Source of the DNA: Trichinella spiralis
Lineage: Eukaryota
Assembly: GCF_000181795.1 (NCBI RefSeq)
Contig: NW_003526941.1
Location: 6,249,422 to 6,313,421, forward strand
Direction: 5' to 3'
DNA length: 64,000 nucleotides
The position numbers and the translations under genes are program-made. Under the pieces are notes generated by a model. It was not told where the DNA came from. It saw nothing but the letters and a program-made list of their open reading frames with translations, and searched no databases. Every line of letters begins with the position of its first letter. Positions within the stretch are counted from its first letter, which is position 1. Of the stretch, positions 1 through 12,780 are shown in pieces.

Positions 1-10
1 TCTTTTCTAG

Positions 11-3000
11 AAAATGTGAATCCAATAGTTTTCAACGTAGAACAAACGCTGCGTATGATCGTGTCTTCCAATGAACATGTGGATTACATTTTTAAAGGTT
101 TGAAGTCGATTTTTCACAAAAGTATTCCTAAAGCGGATGTATTTGTCAGGAACCATTTTTTTCAACAATTTTCAATTGGACGTTGCAATAGTTTGCAATG
201 GAAACAAGACGATCATTTGTGAAACAATATACGGACAAGATAAACACATCAAATACGGTATAATAATTTTTTCAGTATTCTCTTTTTGGTTCTTTGAAAT
301 GAATTTTTCATTATCATTCAATTATCATTCATTCAGTCATTCATCCATCCATCCATCCATGGTTTTTATTTATCCAATAGATTCACAATATGCACTTGTG
401 CATAAATGATCGATAGATATGCTTCATTATTTAAAGTGCAAAATATTTCACCAACAATAGCAACAGTTTGTTTTATATAAACACATTGTTGAGAACAATA
501 ATGAAGCTTAAAATAGATAAATTTATTGATTTGGCTATTTCAAACCACGACGGATTCATGTTGCAATAATGACATCAGAAATTAATGATCACTTTGACGC
601 TGACAATTTTCATTCAATTGGAAGAACAACTTTAATCAATCAGTTTCACCTATGACTTGTTGCATATTGCTGTGATGATGTTCAAATGCGGACAATTATA
701 ATGTAGGCATAGTAAAAATCATAATAATAATACAGTTGCTACCGTGTAGTTCTTTTCATTTCATCTTTCCTAATTCGTCAACCACATTCATTACTCTAAT
801 CTATTTTCCATTTTTTTGCAATATAAATAATAATGGAGATATTTTTTGCAGAGGTCCAACTTTCATATCCAACGTCAGCTACGGATGCTATTATTGGCAA
901 GCAGTTGAACAAGAATGACCAACAATTAATAGCTTTGATCAAGCGAAAGACTGACGCAAAAATTACCGAAAAGTGGACAAGTTTCACGTAAGAATATACA
1001 ATAATAATCATCATCATCATAATAATAATAAGCAGAAAAACTTTCAGCTGTTCAATAGACGACGTTGTATTTGCAAATATTTTTACCAAATTCGGACGTT
1101 TGCATGTCAGTTGTATACAAAATTCCTCTTTTCTATTCGAAAATACATGGACTGGCAATAACAGGCTGTCAGTAAAACTTTCTCAATTCAACAATGAACA
1201 CGATCAGCAGACGACGACGACGACGACAGTTGCAGACATTACACAGACCACTGTGTATCACTGCTCCTGTGATGAAGATATGGCCGCGGTGAACAACAAT
1301 CCACCACTTAGACGCACAACAATCGACACTTTCAAAGACGACTATTCATGGTTGTCATTGTATCAAGCAAATCATACTAGCATTATTCTGTCGTACGTTG
1401 GTTCCTACGAAGGTATGGTGTTGCTGTTGCTGTTGTTGCTTTGATTACAAAAAAAAATTATCGTTCCTATTTAAGCTGAATGTGCATGTCGCGTAAGGCA
1501 ACGAAGAAGAAGAAAACCCACGAATTCCCACGAAGCAGCACCTATTATCGAAGAGAAAGGAATTGCCGTGTACAATTTTTATCCCCAATCCGTAGCCGCT
1601 GGTTCAGCTAAGCAAGAATACATCTTCGCTTACGGAGAAGGATTCAACAGGTGAAAGGGCAAAAAGTGAATTGAAATGAAGGAAAAAAAATCAATCTAAC
1701 TTACGTGTGAATTTCAGATCAGCAAAGGTGTCCTGCCATTTCGGCGACGAAGTCATTCCTGGTGAAGTCCGGTCTTCCACTTTGCTTGCATGTCCAGTTC
1801 CGTATCGTCCACCCGGGGATGTACAACTGAGACTATGCCACGGTGATCAGTTCTTCCCGATGGGAGATGGAACAGTGGTCAGTTGATCAGGCAGTCGGCA
1901 CTGGACTGTTGTGAAATTTTTTCTTTAACTTATTGTTAAAACCTGAAAAATAAATCTCTTTTATATTTATTTATATTTATGTATATATATATACAGAATC
2001 GAGTATCGTTCTATCGACCCTGCAGTACCGTGGGATGCAACTCAATCGGTGGTATATGTTTTCAAGGAAAATGCTACTGTAATGAACAATATCAAGGTGT
2101 CGCTTGTGATCAATTCAAAGTGCTCACCTCCTTTCCAATTTACCTGTGCGATCCAAGAAAATTAACCGCAACCGAAGGTGTACCCTATCAAGCAGATGTA
2201 TGCGTATCAGTAAGCATATAAATTTTAAATAATTTCTTTACTTTACTGCCACTATTCATTATGGTTCTTCCATTCAGGTTAAAAATCATAAGATAACCTG
2301 GAAATTAATCCAAGGACCGGCCAATATGACCATCCATCCCGTAACGGGCAGAATAACTTGGTCATATCCAGTTGGCGCAATGTCACCAATAAAAATAGTG
2401 GTCGGCGCACGCACTGCCGACATGGCTTCATTCTTGGCCAGTACCCTGATCGTTTTGGTCTCCTATGAACCGTACATTGTAAAAGTGGTGCGCAATGATA
2501 CAGCAACGGTCAGCATAATTGGACAAACAAATTACGTTGCAATTCCAAGCCGAGCACCGTTTTCTGTACCTGTACGAATGGTAGTTTTCAAAGACAGGCA
2601 ACCTTACTATGAATGGCAAGTTTGGACAGATGGAAATGGTCATTTCGAAACAGTCTACATAGAAAACTACCAAGATTACGGTGTATTTTCAGTTTTGGCC
2701 ATTCATCCTGGCAAAACGCTCCTGCTGAACGTCTACTCTCCGTATTTCACCGATCCTCGTGTTTCTTGGTGCGTTTATTATGTTCAATTAATCGGACCTT
2801 CCAAAGTGACCAACTGTAACGTCAATCAGCAGTGCAGAGCTGAAATTGTGATCAAAACTACGCCAACCCATGAACTGACCAACTTCACACTCGCAGTAGG
2901 TGTTGTATGAAAACTTCTAAAACCCAAAGCTAAAATATATATATATTTCTTTTCAATTTGAGCGAAGCAAAAAATTAAAATACACCAACACAAACAAAGT

Positions 3001-6000
3001 GCACATGTAATTCAGTTAGTGATTACTAGAGATGGATAAAAGAAAAATATTGCTAGATTTCAAATGCTTTCCATCTTAGATTTCAAATGACCAAACGAAT
3101 CCAAATGCACCCGAACTAGTCAACGCACCTTCGATTATGCACATACCGAAAAAGTCCGTCTTATCAATACCGTTGGTGTTCGTTTTTCGTGAACCACTGG
3201 AAGGAAACGTTCGACTCGTAGCAAGAGCAGATGGCAAGCCAACAGTTGCCAAATTGGACATTCCTTTCAAAGTGATGTCACAAAGTGTCCACGTCCATAT
3301 CAAGCCCACGTCGTTGCACTTCTTGAGTTGCAATGGAATGTTCGGCAATATAAGAAATTCGGTAAGAGAATAAACTGAAACTGAAATTTTGATTAATTAA
3401 ATTTTTACAATCAAGAACTATATTCCATACAACCTACTATATTTAAAAAGTCAATATATTTAGATTCAAATCTACAATTATGGACTAGTACCAATAACTA
3501 ACCTGGAACTTTCCTGCGCCAGTGACCAATGTCCGGTGTTCATTTCGTCAATAGTACTGGAAAATCAACTGCCGGAACAACAATCCGACATGCTGCTTCC
3601 GGGACAGTCAGCTTGCTTGAACTTTGAAGTTTCAAGTTCAAAAAAAGATTCCAACATTACCACCGATGTTCACCTGTTGCACAACATCAACTTGAGAAAG
3701 GATATTCCACTGATCATTGTATCTTTGCCGGAGCCTTGCTGGACGTTGAAAGTTGTTGTGTACAGTTTCGAAGTGTTCGCCAGCGATGCAATGTTGAAAA
3801 CTGCCATCGATACGGTAATCGAAGTGAAAAATGTCCAGCTGCAGTACAACGACGTCCAAGAAGCCAATAGTGACGGTAAAATTTTCGCAATCTTTTTTGC
3901 AACAACTTCCAAGTTTGAAGATGATAAATTTTTAAGGAAACCAATTTTCGCTTCCTTCACCAGGAGAATACGTGGTTCAAATAAGCAAACTTGGCTACGA
4001 TGCGCTGAGACAAGTGGTCAGTGTACGATTTGCCCGAGCGGAAGCGATTTTCATGTTTCGCCAAAGATCTCCTGAAATATTGCTCAGTCGAAAATGGAAC
4101 AGTCCAGATTATAAATTTTCCATCGAACAAAAAAATAATGTAAATTTTCTATTTCATCCGTCCGTACTGGATAGTATAGGATATATTTGGCTTTCTTTTT
4201 CGTTCCAGCTTATCCTGATGGAACCACCATTGTTCACGATGAACATGGACCAGCCGAAAACTTCAGTAACGGTCAGGCTGAAAAATCAAGCACACGTAAC
4301 TTTGGAAAATATCTATTTCGACGAGAAAAATATTGAAACGGTTTTACAAATTCCATCGGTAATATTTCGGCAAGAAAAATGAATAAATAAATAAATAAAT
4401 ATTAGAGTATTTTCCATTTGCAGACAACAGTTGTAGCTTTCCTCAACCCTCATCAAGCGACAGCCGTTGAATTGAAGCTCAATTTCAATTATACAAGCGA
4501 CGAATTTCTGCTCCAAATGCAGCAGTGCAATCTACTTTGCCTACCACTGCGATACGAATTTACCGTTGACAATCAGCTCATTCAGATGGAAGAGTGTTTT
4601 CTGTTGCAATTCAGCCAACCGTCTGTTGAAGATCCAACCGTGTGCAGAGGTTTCTCACAGTCCCATATTAGAAGTGCAGTAGTTGTTCGTATGTTGTTTC
4701 AAAATTTGCATTTTAGTCGAACTGACACACCAAATGCCCGTACAAATTCCGTTGACCATCAGAAATGAGCTGCCCTGTTCGTGCGGCTATGTAGCCGTGT
4801 CCGAATGTCTGTCGTTGTACAGCACCACTGGTTCTTGTGGTGAAGCGGTGGAAATGATCACGTCGATCCCCGGTTTGGGAATGATTTTAGAAATGCTTCA
4901 ACTGATCAACGCCTGCTCCAGATCGTACATTGATTTGGATCTTGTCGACCGTGTTATCAAGTAAAAAGTGAACAACTTAACTGTTCGATCGTTCATACAA
5001 CCTGTATTACAGCTGCGTCATGTCATCGGGATACAATTGCTTGAACACAGAAAATACAATACAGGCTGACAATAATTCCGATATTTACAATCAATTCAAT
5101 GATCAAAGTATCAGTCCGAAGAAGGATTTCTTCTCCGCTTACGCCAGATTCTTCTCACTGATGCGTACAATTCTATCCATGCCTCGGTATGTGAACATTT
5201 CGCTCTCAATACAACCCCTCAAAACAGTTTATCATGCATGAATAAAAATTAATTGCCTCTCTTTTTTTTTCTTCTCAAGTTTGTACTGGTCAGATAGCCA
5301 CTGGTTTTCAATGTTCAAAAAATTCATCAGCGAAACGTCAGAAAATGAAGAATCTTTATCCGTTCGAGAATTGAAAGCACTGAGTGAAACCGTGGGCAAT
5401 TTCCAACAAAGCTACCAGCTCGGTCAGGCGTTGAAATTGTGGAATACGACGGCCGGACTGTTGAGAACTGGAAAATCGCTTCCCGCTGCACCGTACTCTT
5501 TTCCCTGGAACGAGATGATTCTGTTCGCTAATTTGAAAGATGCTCTACAAAAGCTTGCCACAAAGGTAACTCGACCAAAATTTCCAATGCTCATTTGTTG
5601 AACTGTTCGTTTTGTTTCATTCGAAAAAAATAGCTGAACGCGAAAAATGCATTCGAACTGCTCGATCAGTCGTTGGTCACTTTGTCGAAATCAGAAAATG
5701 CTACCAGAAAAAAAGTACAGGACAAAAAATACACATACATCCCAACCGTAGAAGAAAAAAATGAGCTACGATCTTTTGTATATGATTTTGTTTGCAGAGT
5801 TTGGCCGCGTGTTTGGTCGGTGGTTTGAGCTTCTCGACCGTCAGCATGTATGAAAATGACGATGCCGCCGTGCAGTTGACAATTCAAAATTTGAATCCCA
5901 ACAAATTGGAAAACGTGACCGTCAAATTGATACTGATGTCCGTGGGATCGATGGACAACGTGGACAACAACGTCAACATGCAACTCGGTAACTAGCACAG

Positions 6001-8026
6001 TAGATAGATAATTTGTTCATCCGATCTGTTCAGTCAGCATTTGTCTCTTTTTCAAGGCAATGCTACAGCTTTCGGTTTCGACCATTCCAACAATATCGGT
6101 CCGAATGATCAAACGGCCAGCATTTTTTGGCCAATCAAAGCGGTCGCTTCGAAACGTCTACTGGGCGTGGCAAAAGTTCGCGCCACGGCCGAGGTACAAT
6201 TCCAACTGGCCGGCTCTGGGTTCGCAGCTGAATTCAATTCACCGTTGCTAACTGTTCGACCGAAAATCGCTTTGCTCGTCAATCAAATCGTCCAACTGAC
6301 CACCGCCCCAGGGCCGAGTGTGATCATAGCGATCAACAACATCGGCTACAGCGCCGTGGAAGAGCTGCGCTTGGAAAACGTGCGTCCGTTGTTCGGTAGT
6401 CAAGATCCAGAAGAACAATTGACAAAGCCGTTCGTTCGCAAAGCACTGCTCGACCAGACCAACTTGCAGCCCCAGTGGAACCAGAGGATCAGAAACATCC
6501 GGCCAGGCCAAGTGGTTCATCTCATCTACTTTCTCGATCCGTCCCGACAATGGACATTTGACCGTTTCACTTATGAAATTTTGGTCAACGGCAACACCAT
6601 ACCGGCAGTAGAGAGTCGACGGTTTTTCGCTTTGCATTATTTCCACGAAAATGACCACCACCAGCATCAACAAATCAGTGCAGCGTTGCTGACCGACGAC
6701 GACAGGTCGTCCGCAGAAGTGCCGAAATATTTTTACATTTTCGCCAACGGTCAACTGCTACCGGTGATCAACGTCCAGCCGGTGACGACGAACTACTGCA
6801 TGCAAAGTGTCGACCACTGCTTGCTGGAGGCGAACGTCACCGGCTCCGGAGCCGGGGTACTGTACGGCAGGTTGGAGTTGCCGTTCAAATTGAACGCCAA
6901 CATGAGCCTGGTATCGGCGACGGTGAACCAAGTCTGCACCGGGCCGTGGCACGTCTGGACAACGGACCTGAGCCCACAGAGCACGCTCCTCCACTTCGCC
7001 TTGCCCAACTGGTCCGGCTCCGACGTGACCAAGCTGACGTTGGTGTTCGGGCTTCCGTCCCGCGAGCCGATCTACTTCTTGCACGATCAGTACAATCAGA
7101 CGTTGGACCGATGCACGCCGGTCGGTTCGACAATTTTCCAACTGCTCGCCTTGTGCGTCAATCATTCCAACGAAGCGGCCAAAGTGACCTACTCCCTGAA
7201 AGACACGTACGGCGTGTTGTCCATCGATCCGCTGACCGCTGAAATTAAACTCCGTCGCCCACTGACGGACATTGGTCAGGTGAATGAGATGAGCATCCAA
7301 GTGACAGCGAGCAGTCCAACTCAGACAGTGCCGACCGCGTCGACTATGCTCCATTTGTTCATTGTCGACAATATCACAACCAGCCATCGCAATTTCACAA
7401 CAACAGTCGGTACAGTATGCATCACCGAAGAAGAACCGCCCCAACAACCGACCATCACAGTCGACCAAACTCAACTACCCGAACCAGAGCCCGAAGTCGA
7501 CTGGACAAGCGTGGAAGGGAATTCGACCACGACCGTCGTCATAACTGACGAACAAGAAGCACTCCTCCAACCGACCGAATATACGACACACAGTGAAAAT
7601 GAAACCGTCATAACAGCAACAACACTTTCCACATTGTCAACAATGAACCCATTCGACAATTCGAGCTCAAGTTCGCAAAATGGTACTACTGTAAATTATG
7701 AATTTCAGTCGACGGAATTTCAAGAGCTACCAACTTCCACAGTCGCCCTGGTCACTGATGAAATTGACCATACTGCTGATTGGACAAATAATATGGAAAA
7801 CACGACACAAACGGTTGACGAGCAGAACAACGAAACCGAAACAGGCTTGATCAGTGAAACGTTGGTCATTGTCACCAATACAGCCCCGACGTCGGATCTG
7901 ATCAAAACCACAACCAATTCGGACAATCAGATGACTTTGGACGAGATAATCAGCTTAGCGTGCAAATTGCGCACTTCAAAATCTCTCTGGGCTATTATTT
8001 GCGATTTGGGTAGAATTAAAACTTAA
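11..8026 (+). CDS. Large multi-exon extracellular protein (5' end outside window): IPT/TIG-like, EGF-like, Ig/He_PIG-like and cadherin-like domains, with a Thr/Ser-rich mucin-like C-terminus
   Basis: Chain of + ORFs separated by short GT-AG introns. TIG-like segment (FAYGEGFNRSAKVSCHFGDEVIPGEVRSSTLLACPVP, ~1620-1800). EGF motif CNSIGGICFQGKCYCNEQYQGVACD (~2036-2110). ATEGVPY...GPANMTIHPVTGRITW (~2170-2360). Cadherin-like VTYSL...LSIDPLTAEIKLRRPL...IQVTA (~7180-7310). T/E-rich tail; stop at 8024-8026. Exon structure of the first ~1.4 kb is approximate. Confidence 0.75.
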
Positions 8027-9297
8027 TAAAATCAAGAAGTGGAAAGAGAAAAAAGAAGAAATAGAAAAAATGCATGCACGGAAAATATCGCCCTTCAAAT
8101 ATTTGTCACTTACCGTCGAAACAAGTCCGTATAGGAATGTTGACTGAACTTGATTAGAATAATTTCAAATCAAAAGAAAAACAACGCGGTCTTCTCATCG
8201 GTGACGTGACAACGCAGAAGAACTACCGCCAGTAGGAATACTGTAGATATGTTCAAGTCCAAATCACAAACTCACTTTTATGTGTGCCAATAAAAATAAT
8301 ACTGTTTTCATTTATCAATTGAATGTTGCTTTCGTTTAAATGACTTTTAAAATTATTTTTTTACCATAATCGACATGATCAAATTTAGAGAGCATTTTTT
8401 TAATTTGCAATTTTTAAGAACAAAATCAGTCTAATTTTATGATCACTATGATTTTTATACAACTTTTACAACATAGTTGTGCAAGTCTGCCCTATGCAGG
8501 CAGTTATGGACGAAAGTGTCGATTCGTTCCCCGCAGTTAATCAAAGTAGGAGTATAAAATTTACCTAGAGAAAGACATGAAAGAAAATAACTTATTCAAT
8601 TAGTATTTAAAAGGTTAAAATAAAAATTGAATCTTGCTTACGACAATGTAAGATAAACCGTTTATTGACAATTCGCTTATTAGCTTATTGAAATTGGGCA
8701 TGTAATAATCTGCATTAATTACATTATTAACTGACCATTTATTTGGTTGGTTTCATGTGTCGCATTAGTGTTTTCCACTGATTCTGCTGAACACACCCTT
8801 ACCTACCTAATTTTATCCGTACTTAACTTATTGAAATAGAAAATCTATTTCATGTTGAAATTTTACAAAAGAATAATAAATGTTGTGCACGGATGTGTGA
8901 AACGATGAAATAAAAGAGAAAGACGTGATAAATAAAATCGGTTTTAATGCTCGTTTGCCGTGCGTGATGTTACGCACAAATTCCCAGCAGAATATTTCCA
9001 ATCGACCAAGCTGACTGAGCTTTTCTTTTCTTTTCCTCTACCCAAGACCATTTCCTGTTTGACCCTGCGTTCCAAGCTTAACTGACTGAATATGTTTTGC
9101 AAGCAATGTTGTCAATTTTCGAAGCCTACATATGAATCGATCGTTAACAAATAAGACAGACATATAGATAGATGATAAGTAGATAAATAGACAGATGCAT
9201 GCGTTGAGCCTTGATTTTGAGGCAACAGCCAGCCTGCATGGCAGTGACAGCTTGAATTGAAAAAAAAGCTATCAACTTAAAAAATTAACCGCATACT

Positions 9298-9299
<2 letters not shown>

Positions 9300-9335
<36 letters not shown>
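9300..9335. repeat. (TA)n microsatellite
   Basis: About 18 perfect TA units, read directly. Confidence 0.95.
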
Positions 9336-9336
<1 letters not shown>

Positions 9337-9541
9337 TCACACATCCATTAGATTTCAATAATTTGTCAATTGCAATTGAAAAAAGACATTTATCAGTGTA
9401 AAGTTGAAACAAATCTGCAATAGGCAAGCGTCATCAAGTAGAATTTACAATGATGACAACAAAGGATGTGCCGGCTTAATGAAGCCGTTTTCAAAATTGA
9501 CCAGAGGAAAAATCAAATTACAACACCACGCCTTCTAATGG

Positions 9542-11463
9542 TCATTTCAGTTCCACTTCAACAACATTTATCATACAATCATCGTAAGTCGAACAAACGA
9601 GCACCATTTGTCGAAATTTGTCACCCCACTGAGCATGTGGATCGGAGATGTCGTAAAATTTGCACTGCAAATCTTGCGTCACACTTCCAAAAACACCCTT
9701 CAAGTGGACAAATGTTACCATAAATTAATTGTTAATTTGCATGAATTTAAAAAGAGAATAGTAAATAACAATTAATTTTATTTTTGTTGCTATTTTTACT
9801 TTTTTTTCTTCAACATTTGCATCATTTATTTTATTCAAAATAATATATATATACTGCTTACGCGAAGCATAAGTCGAATGTTGCAACGACTGCGGCTTTT
9901 GGTTTTCGAAAATCCTGCCGTCGACCAATCCGCCTCAATACCACCATCTGGTTCTAGATGACTGATCAAATTTTCACCATTAATTTCAGCTTCTCTACAA
10001 AAGAAATACCAAGCGAAAAAAACAACATGCAAATTCCAAAAAAAAAATATATACAACAAAGTATATTTAAAAATTAATTTGAAAAAAGAGACAACAATTT
10101 CCACTGTTCATCATGTTTAATTTAGAAAAAGCTAAAAAATCGAAATTTTTACTCATTCGGGATTTCACAGATTATTAGCAGACATTCGTGATAATGTATT
10201 TATTTTCCTTTTGTGCGATGAAATTGCACTGCGAAAAGCGTGTTTCAAAATATTCAATGATTGAATTCCACAAAACAAGCCTTTTTATCATTTCTTCTAT
10301 CACCATTCTCACTCAAACTTTTATTAACTGTTTAATGTGAAATGGTGCAATAATTGAATTTCAAAGAATGAAAACAATCCCATGCAAATTGCTAATTTTC
10401 CAAGTTATTTTGCCAAGTGCACCATTTTTATGAAGATTAAAAAAATATACATATATATGTATACGTATTGAAAAAGAGAAATAAAATAAAAATCAAATGA
10501 TAAAAAGAGGGAAATATTCAACGTATTACAGCAGAATTATCAGTGCATAATAAAGTGAAAATCATTAGCACGCACAATATCCGCAGTAGTGCCTGAAAGG
10601 GAAATTTTTCAATCAGTCAATTAACACTCACTTCATTTATTCGAAAAATTGAAGCAGATTCATAATGCCTAGTTATTAATGGAAAAGTTTTCGAATATTA
10701 TTCATATTCATACAACAACTCTCGCTTTCTTTCCCTGACCACCACCATCGTCTGATCTATTTTTCAACATGAATGCGTGCATTTTTTTCCTGTTGCAAAC
10801 AGAGCTTATTTTATTAATTTAAGCAGCTTCAATTTTCATTTCACTGGAAAAATATAATAAATGAAATTGAAGTTTCAGATAAAAAAGGAAAAAAGTATAT
10901 ATAATTTTTTTCATTCAATCGTTCAAAGAAACGCTTGCAAGCCACGCTAAGCCAAGCCAAGCCAAGCAGCAGTAGCAGCACATCAGCATCAGCATCATCA
11001 GCTATATGTTTGCGCTACAGCTGCAAATTTTCAAAACGTCAACTGTGTTGTGAGAACTGAACGTTTGTTTACATGCACTAGCTGGCAGTGTAAATAGAGA
11101 TACAGGTAATAAGTCAGTCAGTTATACTACTGCTATAACTAACTTACTAACCAAGTATGTTACTAGACTACTAGTAGTATGATGAATATTATATTAATTT
11201 TATCAAATAACAGAGAGAGAGAGAATGGAAATAATATTGAAATGAAAAAAGAAAAATGTTTTTTTTTTGAAAGAAAAAACTTACTCAAATTCCATTGGTG
11301 GACTTGAAGTGACGCCAATTCGATATGTAGTATCACGGTAAAGCTTCAACGTTTTTGTCGACATGTTGAAACGTCTGCCGTCGACTTTGAATGTAGTTTC
11401 GGCATTTTCCGGTTTCAAGCAACAAAACCGAATGTGAACTTCAAACCTGGACGGTGGTTTCAT
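9542..11463 (-). CDS. CNRIP1: CB1 cannabinoid receptor-interacting protein 1 (CNRIP1/CRIP1a)-like
   Basis: Three exons (11463-11285, 9994-9862, 9697-9542) join in frame through GT-AG introns: MKPPSRFEVHI...FKVDGRRF...TLKL...YRIGV / ...WSTAGFSKTKSRSR... / ...LQCKFYDISDPHAQWGDKF...ELK*. This matches the CNRIP1 motifs YKVDGQRF, TIKL and QVKFY...HCQWG as I recall them. Confidence 0.85.
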
Positions 11464-12259
11464 TATTATTCTTCTTCTTAGAATATTTTTCAAAACTGAA
11501 ACAACAAAACCATAAATCCAGAAGAAGCAGAAAATGCAGAGAAAAAAAACTCAAAATGTGAGAATGTAAAAATTGTCAGAAAATAAATAAATAAATAAAT
11601 AATAAATTGTATGAAGATGTGCAGGAATGACGTCCTAGGCAAGCAAACACACACACACACACCCAAGCAGGAGTCGTGCTTCACCAGCTAACAACTACTG
11701 AACATCGATCGCTCTCGCTCTCTCTCTCTCCAATTCCAATTCAAACTGCCATAATCATCTGCCACAAATCAAACAAATCGCGCTCGATTACGGCAAATCA
11801 TTGACCAACCAACCCGCCAGCTTGGCTCCACCATGCTTGTTGAATGGGAGGAGAAGCAGAGTGGAAGAAAGCAGCAACGTTTCCATTGTCATCGTATCCA
11901 TCTCAACCGACCGACCAAATTATACAAACTGACTGACTCCACCACACCCAAATACACAGCTTCAATCACTGCAAGCAAAATAAGAAAATATACATAAAAC
12001 GTCACCATTTTCTCCTTCTTTTTTTCTTCTTATAAATTTCCACTTCTTTTTTCCATCCATCCTTTTCTTGTTCACAAATTGAACACAATACTCCATTATC
12101 ATACAGTATGTTGTATTTATTTCTTGAAACTGTAAAAAAATTAAACAGGCAGTAGTAAAATCGCTAAAGCTCGACAAATCCACAACTACATCATATGTTG
12201 CATATGTATAGATTAGAAATTATAAATCGAATTATTAATATATTTTTTTAAAACAAATT

Positions 12260-12721
12260 TCACAACTCTTCTTCTTCTTCACAATGAAGTCTCACATGCT
12301 CCATATAATTGACACTCAATACAACCTGAGAACAAATGTGACACAAGTCGACCGATTGGAATCGAACTTGCAAATCTTCTCCACAATTGACACAATGCGT
12401 TATATAGCAGCGGAGCAACTTTTTCTGCATATCTACATTTGGCATCAGGCTGATCATCTCAGGAAAAACAGACAAGAACAACCCCTCGCCGAGCTGATGC
12501 ATCATCTCGGAAAAGAAATCCCCGGCTAGCATTTTTCCTTCTTGGAAACTGTTGAGCAAATTTTCAAAACTGGCCAATTCATTATCCGACATGCTAGCAA
12601 CAAGCCGACCACGCAAATTCGCAGATTGTTCTTCATACTGTGACAGTTTCAAAAACTCTCCGCTCTTCCACTTTTTACCTGAAACAAAATTTACAACTGT
12701 AACAATATAATATTTCTGTTC

Positions 12722-12780
<59 letters not shown>

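Noticed and set aside
6248..7474. Minus-strand ORFs of 168 and 238 aa
   Set aside because: Antisense to the GC-rich last exon of the extracellular protein gene.
10941..10970. GCTAAGCCAAGCCAAGCCAAGC, resembling telomeric repeat
   Set aside because: The unit is the 5-mer GCCAA, not TTAGGC; an ordinary simple repeat.
11068..11095. TGGCAGTGT (miR-34-like seed) in a small hairpin
   Set aside because: The hairpin is too short for a pre-miRNA and the remainder does not match miR-34.
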